64,000 nt of DNA from an uncultured Aliarcobacter sp. (GTDB lineage: Bacteria > Campylobacterota > Campylobacteria > Campylobacterales > Arcobacteraceae): NCBI GenBank assembly GCA_963677435.1, contig OY781945.1, positions 1,824,001-1,888,000 on the forward strand, given 5' to 3'. Numbering within the stretch: position 1 is the first letter of the stretch; each line of letters begins with the position of its first letter. Positions 11,285 through 19,148 of the stretch are shown piece by piece. The notes under the pieces were generated by a model, which saw only the letters and a list, made by a program, of their open reading frames with translations, had not been told where the DNA came from and ran no database searches. The translations under genes were made by a program, and so were the position numbers.

Positions 11285-11632
11285 TTATTTATGACCCATT
11301 TTTTTCATTTCTTCATCACTCATGCCATTTTTAGTTTTTTCATTAGCCATATCTTCATGCATCTTTTTCATTTCTTCATTAGACATACTATCTAATTTCT
11401 CATGGTTTTTTTTCATCTCTTCATCGTTCATGCCATTCATTTTATCATGCATTTTTTTCATTTCTTCATCAGTCATACCATTCATATTCATATGGTTCAT
11501 CATTTTTCCTTCATGCATGTGGTCACCCATATGAGTAGCTTGTTGAGTTGTAGATTTATTAGCTTCAGCTGCATATAACGCACTACTTACTAATAATCCT
11601 AAACCTAATAATACTGTTGATAACTTTTTCAT
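11285..11632 (-). CDS. Secreted Met/His-rich repeat protein, probable Cu/Ag sponge
   Basis: Signal peptide; four MxxEEMKK(M/N)(H/G) repeats. Confidence 0.7.
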   Translation of the reverse strand: MKKLSTVLLGLGLLVSSALYAAEANKSTTQQATHMGDHMHEGKMMNHMNMNGMTDEEMKKMHDKMNGMNDEEMKKNHEKLDSMSNEEMKKMHEDMANEKTKNGMSDEEMKKMGHK

Positions 11633-11674
11633 TTTAAATCCTTTTTTATTTTATTCGTAATTATATTTTTATTA

Positions 11675-11692
11675 TGAGGAATCTATGTGGAG
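11675..11692 (-). promoter_or_regulatory. Copper-regulon promoter motif
   Basis: TGAGGAATCTATGTGGAG, 43 bp upstream of start 11632. Confidence 0.7.
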
Positions 11693-11701
11693 TAATTATT
11701 C

Positions 11702-12388
11702 TTAAAACCAGAATCTCACACCAACTACTGCATATACTTCATCTAATGATGAAATATCATTTGTATTGCCTAAATTTTTATTCCATTCAACTCCTATATA
11801 AGGTGCGAATTCTCTTGTAATTTCATATCTTAATCTTGTACCTATTGTAATATTTGAGAATCCGCTTCCAATACCCATTTCTTCATTATCTTTTGTATAA
11901 GCAGATAATTGAATACTTGGGGTTAATATAAGCTTTTGTGTTAATAATGCATCGTATTCAGCTTGAGTTTTTAATCCCATATTTCCATCTTCACCTAATA
12001 AAAGAGTAGTTCTTGTTTCAAAGAAATATTGAGATAATCCTTGTAATCCTATAATACCCCAAGTTTGATGAGCTTCATTATTCTTATCATAACCAATACC
12101 TATCTGAGCATCCCAAAAAGGAGAAATTGCTCTTGAATAAACTAATTGGTTTTCACTATTTGCAGATTCATTTTTAACTTTCTCACCTTCTGAATAAATA
12201 TAAATCTTATTTATATCATAACCTGCATATCCATATACATCCCAATTAGTAGCTTTCTCATCACTAAATTGATATTCAAGTTTATCTACAACTAAAGAAC
12301 TTCTAAAAATATCTCCTTCACCTTCCATTGCAAAACTATTTGTTGTAATAAATCCCAATAGAGATGTTGCTAATAATAATTTTTTCAT
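11702..12388 (-). CDS. copB: Copper resistance outer-membrane protein B (CopB/PcoB)
   Basis: YSRAISPFWD, LTQKLILTP, RLRYEITREFAPYIGV, terminal GVRFWF. Confidence 0.93.
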   Translation of the reverse strand: MKKLLLATSLLGFITTNSFAMEGEGDIFRSSLVVDKLEYQFSDEKATNWDVYGYAGYDINKIYIYSEGEKVKNESANSENQLVYSRAISPFWDAQIGIGYDKNNEAHQTWGIIGLQGLSQYFFETRTTLLLGEDGNMGLKTQAEYDALLTQKLILTPSIQLSAYTKDNEEMGIGSGFSNITIGTRLRYEITREFAPYIGVEWNKNLGNTNDISSLDEVYAVVGVRFWF

Positions 12389-12401
12389 AATAAAACTCCT
12401 T

Positions 12402-14228
12402 TTAAGATACTATTACTTTTCTGAACATATCAGTCATATGATAAAGTAAATGACAATGATAAGCCCAAGAACCTTTTGCATCTACATTTACTCTAAAACT
12501 TATTTTTGAACCTGGTTGTACAACAATTGTATGTTTTCTTGGTAAATAATTGTCATCACCTGTTTCTAAATCACTCCACATACCATGTAAATGCATAGGA
12601 TGATTCATCATCGTGTCATTAATATATGTTATTCTTAATCTTTCTCCATATTTAAACTCTAAAGGTTTTGCATTTTTATAAGTTATACCATTAATAGACC
12701 ACATATATCTTTCCATATTTCCTGTAAGTCTTAAAATTATCTCTCTATCAGGATATTTATCATTAGTTGTAGGAGTTAATGATTTTAAATCTGCGTATGT
12801 TAAAACTCTTCTTCCATTATTTCTAAGTCCTACTCCTGGGTCACTAAGTCTATATTGTGGATTCATTGCTACTGCATCTACTTGAACACCTGTTGATTCT
12901 TCAAGTTTAGTAATTGGTATTTCTTTTTTCTGATTACTATTCATAGTTGACATATCATGTCCCATCATAGAATGATTCATTATAGGTTTTGGTTTTTCCA
13001 CACTAGACATATCCATTCCTGCTCCACATTTCATAGCACTTTCTTGTTTAGCAGGTTTTTGAGTTTCCATAGTCGACATATCATGTTCTGAATTATTATC
13101 ACTAGTCCCTCCCATACCCATATCTGCATGTGTTAATATTGGGAATGCATCCATTTGTGGAGTTTGAGCAATTACTTTTTCATCAAAAGTTAAAGCTCCA
13201 AGAGCATATCCACTTCTATCAATACTTTGAGCAAAAATCGAATAAGCTTTATTTACTTCAGGTTCTACTATTACATCATAAGTTTCAGCAACTCCTATTC
13301 TAAATTCATCAACAGTTACTGGTTGAATATTATTCCCATCCGCTGCAACTACTGTCATTTTAAGACCAGGAATTCTTACATCAAAAAATGTCATAGCTGC
13401 ACTATTTATAAATCTTAATCTAATTTTCTCACCATTTTTAAATAATGCTTTAAACCCTGTAGCTGGGTTCTCACCATTCATTAAATATGTATATGTATAT
13501 CCTGATACATCTGAAATATCTCTATCTGTCATTTTCATTTCGTTCCACATTTTTCTTTCACTAAATGCTTCGAAGAAACCTTTTTCTTTTACTTCATCAA
13601 TAAAATCACCAACTGTTCGTTGTTTGAAGTTATAATAAGAAGAAGAAAGTTTAATTTTTCTGTAAACTGAAGATGGTTTTTCATCTGACCAATCTGATAA
13701 TGAGATTACATATTCTCTATCATATTCATATGGGTCTTTTATTTTTGGTTCAATTATAATTGCTCCAAAAACACCTTCTTGTTCTTGAAATCCAGAGTGT
13801 GAATGATACCAATAAGTCCCACTTTGAAGTATTGGAAATTTATAAGTAAAAGTTTCTCCTGGTTTAATACCATTAAAGTTGCTAAATCCAGGAACACCAT
13901 CCATAGAAGCAGGTAAAATAATTCCATGCCAATGAATAGAAGTATCTTCATTAAGATTATTAGTGACATTTATTGTAACTGTATCACCTTCTTTCCATCT
14001 AAGAGTAGGACCACTTAGCATTCCATTTACTGTTTTTGCAATACTTGGATTACCAGTAACATTTACAGCTATTTTTTCAATGCTTAAATTAAATGTATTT
14101 CCACTTAATTCAATCGTTTTTTTTCGAGTCGATATTTTAGAATTTGCACTCAGGTTTATAGGTATAGAGGCTATGATACTTGTTGCCAAAACGCCTTTTA
14201 CAAATGTTCTTCTGTTCATATTATTCAT
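12402..14228 (-). CDS. CopA/PcoA-family multicopper oxidase, Tat-exported
   Basis: NRRTFVK Tat signal; HWHG, WYHSH, HPMHLHG, HCHLLYHM; Met-rich insert. Confidence 0.95.
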   Translation of the reverse strand: MNNMNRRTFVKGVLATSIIASIPINLSANSKISTRKKTIELSGNTFNLSIEKIAVNVTGNPSIAKTVNGMLSGPTLRWKEGDTVTINVTNNLNEDTSIHWHGIILPASMDGVPGFSNFNGIKPGETFTYKFPILQSGTYWYHSHSGFQEQEGVFGAIIIEPKIKDPYEYDREYVISLSDWSDEKPSSVYRKIKLSSSYYNFKQRTVGDFIDEVKEKGFFEAFSERKMWNEMKMTDRDISDVSGYTYTYLMNGENPATGFKALFKNGEKIRLRFINSAAMTFFDVRIPGLKMTVVAADGNNIQPVTVDEFRIGVAETYDVIVEPEVNKAYSIFAQSIDRSGYALGALTFDEKVIAQTPQMDAFPILTHADMGMGGTSDNNSEHDMSTMETQKPAKQESAMKCGAGMDMSSVEKPKPIMNHSMMGHDMSTMNSNQKKEIPITKLEESTGVQVDAVAMNPQYRLSDPGVGLRNNGRRVLTYADLKSLTPTTNDKYPDREIILRLTGNMERYMWSINGITYKNAKPLEFKYGERLRITYINDTMMNHPMHLHGMWSDLETGDDNYLPRKHTIVVQPGSKISFRVNVDAKGSWAYHCHLLYHMTDMFRKVIVS

Positions 14229-14272
14229 AAGAAATTCCTTTTTTATTCATATTGAAGATATTACTATTTATA

Positions 14273-14290
14273 TAAGGAATGAATGTGTAG
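14273..14290 (-). promoter_or_regulatory. Copper-regulon promoter motif
   Basis: TAAGGAATGAATGTGTAG, 45 bp upstream of start 14228. Confidence 0.75.
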
Positions 14291-14328
14291 AAAAATTTTA
14301 TAAATAGTTAAAAATCTAATTATTTAGT

Positions 14329-14427
14329 TTATTTAAAAAACATTCCACCCATCATAAAACACCCCGTAAACAAAGTACTTATTAAAAATAGACTAATACC
14401 TATTTTTAATATATTTATTTTTTTCAT
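14329..14427 (-). CDS. 32-aa predicted lipoprotein, absent from ORF track
   Basis: MKKINILKIGISLFLISTLFTGCFMMGGMFFK; AAAGGA RBS; lipobox FTG-C; own promoter motif upstream. Confidence 0.65.
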   Translation of the reverse strand: MKKINILKIGISLFLISTLFTGCFMMGGMFFK

Positions 14428-14485
14428 TATTTTTCCTTTTATGTATTTTAATTAAAATAATCTATATGTATGATACTACTATTTG

Positions 14486-14503
14486 TGAGGAATGAATGTG
14501 TAA
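14486..14503 (-). promoter_or_regulatory. Copper-regulon promoter motif
   Basis: TGAGGAATGAATGTGTAA upstream of the 32-aa ORF. Confidence 0.72.
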
Positions 14504-14530
14504 AGAATTTTATATCTAGGCAGGGTTAAT

Positions 14531-14565
14531 AAAAATACCTTCAAAATATTTCTTGAAGGTATTTT
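14531..14565 (-). terminator. Intrinsic terminator after the 14581-14970 gene
   Basis: AAAATACCTTCAA..TTGAAGGTATTTT hairpin. Confidence 0.75.
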
Positions 14566-14580
14566 ATAAAAATTAAGAAT

Positions 14581-14970
14581 TTAATTTAAATTAAAACTTC
14601 CTCTTTTTGTTTGTGTTACACCAACATTATGACTAAAAGTTAAAATATAATTATATGAACCTTTTTGTGGAAGATTTACATTAAATACATATTCTCCATT
14701 ATTTTTCGTATTTACACCTTTATAATCAATAGAAGTTTTATCTGGTGCCAAAACAGTTAGTTTTGTATTTAAATCATTATGAGAATGACCTTTATGTGTA
14801 AAATTTACATTTATATCATTATTGCCTTGTTTTAATTCTGTTGCAGGTTTTATAATTACTCTATAGTCCTTAATATATCCTGGACTGTGAATAGTATTTG
14901 ATACATCTTGTGCATATACACTTCCAATAACTAAACCTAATCCCAAAATTACTTTTTGTAAAACTTTCAT
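14581..14970 (-). CDS. Periplasmic FixH/YtkA-like protein
   Basis: Signal peptide similar to the 8254-8730 gene; Ig-like pattern, HKGHSH. Confidence 0.6.
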   Translation of the reverse strand: MKVLQKVILGLGLVIGSVYAQDVSNTIHSPGYIKDYRVIIKPATELKQGNNDINVNFTHKGHSHNDLNTKLTVLAPDKTSIDYKGVNTKNNGEYVFNVNLPQKGSYNYILTFSHNVGVTQTKRGSFNLN

Positions 14971-15014
14971 TTTCTATCCTTTAATTTTTTATATGTGTAA
15001 TGGTAATAATCTAA

Positions 15015-15032
15015 TAAGGAGAGAATGTGGAA
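15015..15032 (-). promoter_or_regulatory. Copper-regulon promoter motif
   Basis: TAAGGAGAGAATGTGGAA, 45 bp upstream of start 14970. Confidence 0.72.
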
Positions 15033-15042
15033 CTTATAAATT

Positions 15043-15191
15043 TATATTTCAACGAGAAATGATTTTTAGAGTTAACATTGTATCAAAGTGAGAGAAGATG
15101 ATTTATAGGTCTATTCTATAAGCTTTGGCATATCAAATTAAGCTATATTTAAGATGCGTGTCGCTTTTAGTACCTTTATGTAAATGTAGCC
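15043..15191. repeat. Transposon right-end segment (subterminal ~110 bp plus terminal IR); diverged direct repeat of 37165-37312
   Basis: TATATTTCAACGAG..AAATTAAGCTATATTTAAGA..GTACCTTTATGTAAATGTAGCC; shares GTACCTTTATG core with IRs at 22153 and 37146. Confidence 0.85.
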
Positions 15192-15230
15192 AAGCTTTTA
15201 AAATTCTATATGAAGAAGTTTAAATATAAA

Positions 15231-15560
15231 TTAAATATTTTTATTCCCAATAAATATTATAAAAGCTCCAAATAGAGATATACTAGCACCTATAACATCC
15301 CATCTATTAAAACTTTCTTTTTCAACCAACACAAGCCATATTAATGCTGCAACAATATAAATACCACCGTAAATTGCATAAATTCTTCCAGCTTGTTCAA
15401 GATCAATTTTTGTTAAAACGTAAGCAAAAATACTTAGTGAAATAACTCCTAAAGCTATCCACCATGGAGTTCTTTCAAGTCTAAAATATAACCAAAAAGC
15501 AAAACAGCCAAATATTTCAAAAAAAGCTGCTAAAAAAAATATTCCTAAATTACTTATCAT
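15231..15560 (-). CDS. ynfA: YnfA/UPF0060 (SMR-like) membrane protein, copy 1
   Basis: AAFFEIFGCFAFW, AGRIYAIYGGIYI, RWD motifs. Confidence 0.88.
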   Translation of the reverse strand: MISNLGIFFLAAFFEIFGCFAFWLYFRLERTPWWIALGVISLSIFAYVLTKIDLEQAGRIYAIYGGIYIVAALIWLVLVEKESFNRWDVIGASISLFGAFIIFIGNKNI

Positions 15561-15673
15561 CGTTGTCCTATTAAATTATCTTTTTTAAGTTAAACAAATT
15601 AGAAAATTTGTTAATTACTTAATACCTAAATATATCTATAAAAACTTTATAATTTATATATTAAACCTATCAT

Positions 15674-16537
15674 TCATTTACAATTTTGTTTATTCTCAAT
15701 TGATTTAATAGAACAACCACCTTCTTCTTGAGAAGCAAATGTAGAATCTATTTGATTATTAAATAAATAATTAGTTGATTCAGGAATGATATCTATTTCT
15801 TTTACTAAGTTAAGATTATTTTTTTGATTAATTCTTTCAAGAATTTTTTTCTTACTTTTGATAATTTCTATTTCTCCATCATCATATTTTATTAATACTG
15901 GTATTTTTGTAATATTAAATGTACTTATTAGTTCTTTTGTTTGATTTATTTCTAATAAGGTAAATTGGAAATCGTGATTCTTTGCTTCTAATTTAATTTC
16001 TTTACAAGAACTACATGTTTCATCTTGAATCAAATAATATCCATTAGAGGGGAATAAATTTATATCTTTCGCTGAATAGTTATATTTAAATAGAGATGAA
16101 ACAACAATTATAGAAATTAATAAAGTAATAAAATATATATCTAACTTAGTACTATTTTGATATTTGTATAAGATATAACCAATAACAAATAATACATATA
16201 ATATAAAACAAGTAATACATAATTCTTTTGTCATAAAATATTGGTTAGATAGCATAAGGGTATGAGAAGTGATAACTATTTTATAAATAATTTCATAGTA
16301 ATCTAAATATTTTCTTTGCCCATCTTTATTATATACATAAATAAGAATCAAAAGAGAGATAGGAATTATTATTGATATAATATATAATTCTAAAGCACTT
16401 ATTTTTAATATCTCATTGGCAATATTACAGCCTTCTAATTTGCAAATTTCTAAATCAAAATATTTACCTATTATATTAAATAGTATGTAAGATAAAGTGA
16501 TTAATGGAAATATTAATAATTTCTTTTCATTTTTCAT
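15674..16537 (-). CDS. Membrane protein with VKOR-like Cys pattern fused to a thioredoxin-like domain
   Basis: CKLEGC, CITC within TM region, CSSC and ITKIP cis-Pro motif; start chosen at second Met. Confidence 0.5.
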   Translation of the reverse strand: MKNEKKLLIFPLITLSYILFNIIGKYFDLEICKLEGCNIANEILKISALELYIISIIIPISLLILIYVYNKDGQRKYLDYYEIIYKIVITSHTLMLSNQYFMTKELCITCFILYVLFVIGYILYKYQNSTKLDIYFITLLISIIVVSSLFKYNYSAKDINLFPSNGYYLIQDETCSSCKEIKLEAKNHDFQFTLLEINQTKELISTFNITKIPVLIKYDDGEIEIIKSKKKILERINQKNNLNLVKEIDIIPESTNYLFNNQIDSTFASQEEGGCSIKSIENKQNCK

Positions 16538-16541
16538 TTTT

Positions 16542-18650
16542 TTAACTGTTCTTTTCATTTTCTTTAAGATGGTCTTTTATAGTTCCTAAAATTCTCATAG
16601 AATTGAAAATAGCAAGTAAAGCCACACCAACATCTGCAAAAATTGCTTCTTTCATACCAATGATTGCCCCTGCACCAAGAGCTAAAAAACCAACTTTAAC
16701 AAGCATAATAAATACAATATTTTGATAAACAATTGTTTTAGTTTTTTTAGCGATTTTTATAGCATCAACAATAGATTGTATATTATCATTCAAAAGAATA
16801 ATATCAGCAGATTTTACTGCTAAATCACTTCCCATTCCACCCATTGCAAAACTAACATCAGCATTTGCCAAAGTAGGAGCATCATTGATTCCATCACCTA
16901 CAAATGCAGTTACTTGATTAGTCTCTTTTTTTATTTGTTCAAAATAAGTTAATTTCTCTTGTGGTAAAAGTTCATATTTTATTACATCAATTCCTAATGT
17001 ATTACCCACCTCTAAAGCAACCTCTTTTTTATCTCCTGTTAACATATAAGTTTTAGAAATATCTAGTTTTTTAAGTTCAGAAATAACATCTTTTGCTTCA
17101 ATTTTAATAATATCATTTACCACAATATATCCAGCAAATTTACTATCAACAGCTATAAAAATAGCACTTAATTTTTCTTCTATATCATCAATTTGTACAT
17201 TAAACTTGGCAAGAAGTTTTTTATTTCCTATTAAAATTTCTTTATTATCAATAATTGCACTAATACCTAAGCCACTTAACTCTTCATGTTTTGTAATAAG
17301 TTTTGAATCAATTGGTTTACCAAATGCTTTTAGAATTGACTTTCCAATAGGATGAGTTGAAAAGCTTTCTGCATATGCAGCATATTTCAAAAGTTCATCT
17401 TTACTTAGGTCTTTACTTTGAATATCAGTAACTTCAAAAACTCCATAAGTTAAAGTTCCTGTTTTATCAAATACCATATTTTTAATTTCAGTTAATTTTT
17501 CAATATAATTTGCACCTTTTACTAATACACCTCTTTTTGAAATTGCTCCAATTGCACTAAAAAATGATAAAGGAACAGAAACTACAAGTGCGCAAGGACA
17601 TGAAATAACTAAAAATATAAGTGCTCTTTCAAACCAATCTTTAAATATTGCTCCATCAATCAATAATGGAGGTATTACTGCTAAAAAAACTGCAAGAATA
17701 ACTACAATAGGAGTATAAATTGCTGCAAATTTAGTTATAAATTTTTCAGCTTTTGCTTTTGTTGAAGATGCATTATTTATAAGTTCTATAATTTTTGCAA
17801 CAGTTGAGTCTTTATACAAAGAAGTTGCTTTTACATATGAAGCATTTGAAGTATTGATAAATCCACTTAAAATTTGTTCATTTTCATTTATTGTTTTAGG
17901 TTTAAATTCTCCAGTAATTGCACTTGTATCAAATGAACAACTTTTTGAGATAAGAACACCATCAACTGGAACTTTTTCTCCAACTTTAATTAGAATAATA
18001 TCATCTAGTTTTACATCTTCAGGTGCTTTTTGAACAATACTTTCACCCTCTTTAACATTTGCAAATTCAGGTTTAATATCAAGTAATGCATTAATATTAT
18101 CTCTTGAATTATTAACAGCAACTGCTTGAAACATTTCACCTATTTGGTAAAATATCATAACAGATATACCTTCAACAAAATCATTTAAAGAAAATGCCCC
18201 AATGGTTGCGATACTCATTAAAAAGTGTTCATCAAAAACTTTCCCATGAATTAAGTTTTTGATAGCTTTATATACAACATCCCAACCAACTAAAAGATAA
18301 GCTACTAAATATAAAGCAATTTGGAATTCTTTATTAGTTACATAGTTGTAAGAGATGTAAGTTAAAGTAATAGAAACAATAGTGATTAATAAAAGTTTTT
18401 TATTTAAAAGTTGCCAAAAAGTTTTTTGTATTCTTTCTTCATCTTTTACAATAATTACATCTTTCTCAATTTTTTGAATCTCTTTTTCGATTTTTTCTAA
18501 TACATCATGTTTTACATTTTTCTCAAAACTCAAAGTAGCAGTTGAGAAATTTAGACTTACATTATTTAATTCTTCTAATTCATTTAATTTTTTTTCAATC
18601 TTTAAAGCACAATTTGCACAGTCAAGATTCTTAAGTTTTACACTTTTCAT
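16542..18650 (-). CDS. cadA: Cd/Zn/Pb-translocating P1B-2 ATPase
   Basis: LDCANC, SCPCAL, DKTGT, GDGINDAP, IFADVG. Confidence 0.93.
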   Translation of the reverse strand: MKSVKLKNLDCANCALKIEKKLNELEELNNVSLNFSTATLSFEKNVKHDVLEKIEKEIQKIEKDVIIVKDEERIQKTFWQLLNKKLLLITIVSITLTYISYNYVTNKEFQIALYLVAYLLVGWDVVYKAIKNLIHGKVFDEHFLMSIATIGAFSLNDFVEGISVMIFYQIGEMFQAVAVNNSRDNINALLDIKPEFANVKEGESIVQKAPEDVKLDDIILIKVGEKVPVDGVLISKSCSFDTSAITGEFKPKTINENEQILSGFINTSNASYVKATSLYKDSTVAKIIELINNASSTKAKAEKFITKFAAIYTPIVVILAVFLAVIPPLLIDGAIFKDWFERALIFLVISCPCALVVSVPLSFFSAIGAISKRGVLVKGANYIEKLTEIKNMVFDKTGTLTYGVFEVTDIQSKDLSKDELLKYAAYAESFSTHPIGKSILKAFGKPIDSKLITKHEELSGLGISAIIDNKEILIGNKKLLAKFNVQIDDIEEKLSAIFIAVDSKFAGYIVVNDIIKIEAKDVISELKKLDISKTYMLTGDKKEVALEVGNTLGIDVIKYELLPQEKLTYFEQIKKETNQVTAFVGDGINDAPTLANADVSFAMGGMGSDLAVKSADIILLNDNIQSIVDAIKIAKKTKTIVYQNIVFIMLVKVGFLALGAGAIIGMKEAIFADVGVALLAIFNSMRILGTIKDHLKENEKNS

Positions 18651-18652
18651 AA

Positions 18653-18994
18653 TTATCCTTTAATGATATGCTCTAATCCCATATCATATATCTTTTTAAT
18701 ATGTTCATCATCTAATGAATAAAATATTTGTTTACCAACTCTTTTTGGTTTTACAATTTTTGAATTCTTTAAAACTCTTAGTTGATGCGATACCGCTGAT
18801 TGACTTACATTTATGAGTTCACTAATTGCTCCAACACATAATTCTTCTTCTTTTAATACAGCAATTATTTTTATTCTTGTTGTATCTGCAAAAGCTTTAA
18901 AAAGCTCTGCAACATCATATAAAGTTTCATCACAAACTAAAATACTTTTTATTTTTTCTACTTCTTTGGAGTGGTCACAACATTCTATAGACAT
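18653..18994 (-). CDS. cadC: ArsR/SmtB-family metal-sensing repressor (CadC/SmtB-like)
   Basis: ECCDH, ELCV, SQSAVSHQLR, LDDEH..EH. Confidence 0.88.
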   Translation of the reverse strand: MSIECCDHSKEVEKIKSILVCDETLYDVAELFKAFADTTRIKIIAVLKEEELCVGAISELINVSQSAVSHQLRVLKNSKIVKPKRVGKQIFYSLDDEHIKKIYDMGLEHIIKG

Positions 18995-19013
18995 AATTAC
19001 CCTTAATTACTTA

Positions 19014-19035
19014 TATATGAACATATAATCATATA
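19014..19035. promoter_or_regulatory. SmtB/CadC-type operator palindrome
   Basis: TATATGA-ACATATAA-TCATATA just upstream of cadC. Confidence 0.75.
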
Positions 19036-19148
19036 ATAAGATTTATTAAAATAAAATTGAAATAATTAATAGAATAATTTTCGATAAATATTTTATATTT
19101 AGTTATCATTTTCTTTTATATTTTAAATAATTAAAGGAAGATAATTTT

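Larger units (their letters stand above)
1..15191. mobile_element. Copper-resistance Tn3-type module; only right end visible
   Basis: Copper genes stop just before a terminal IR at 15191; left end not in window. Confidence 0.55.

Noticed and set aside
11285..11632. Short periodic DNA repeats as a possible CRISPR or VNTR
   Set aside because: They are degenerate coding repeats of the Met-rich protein; no repeat-spacer array or cas genes seen in the window.
16..14307. Many plus-strand ORFs (e.g. 16-468, 4019-4492, 9526-10560)
   Set aside because: Antisense shadows of well-supported minus-strand genes; no motifs of their own.
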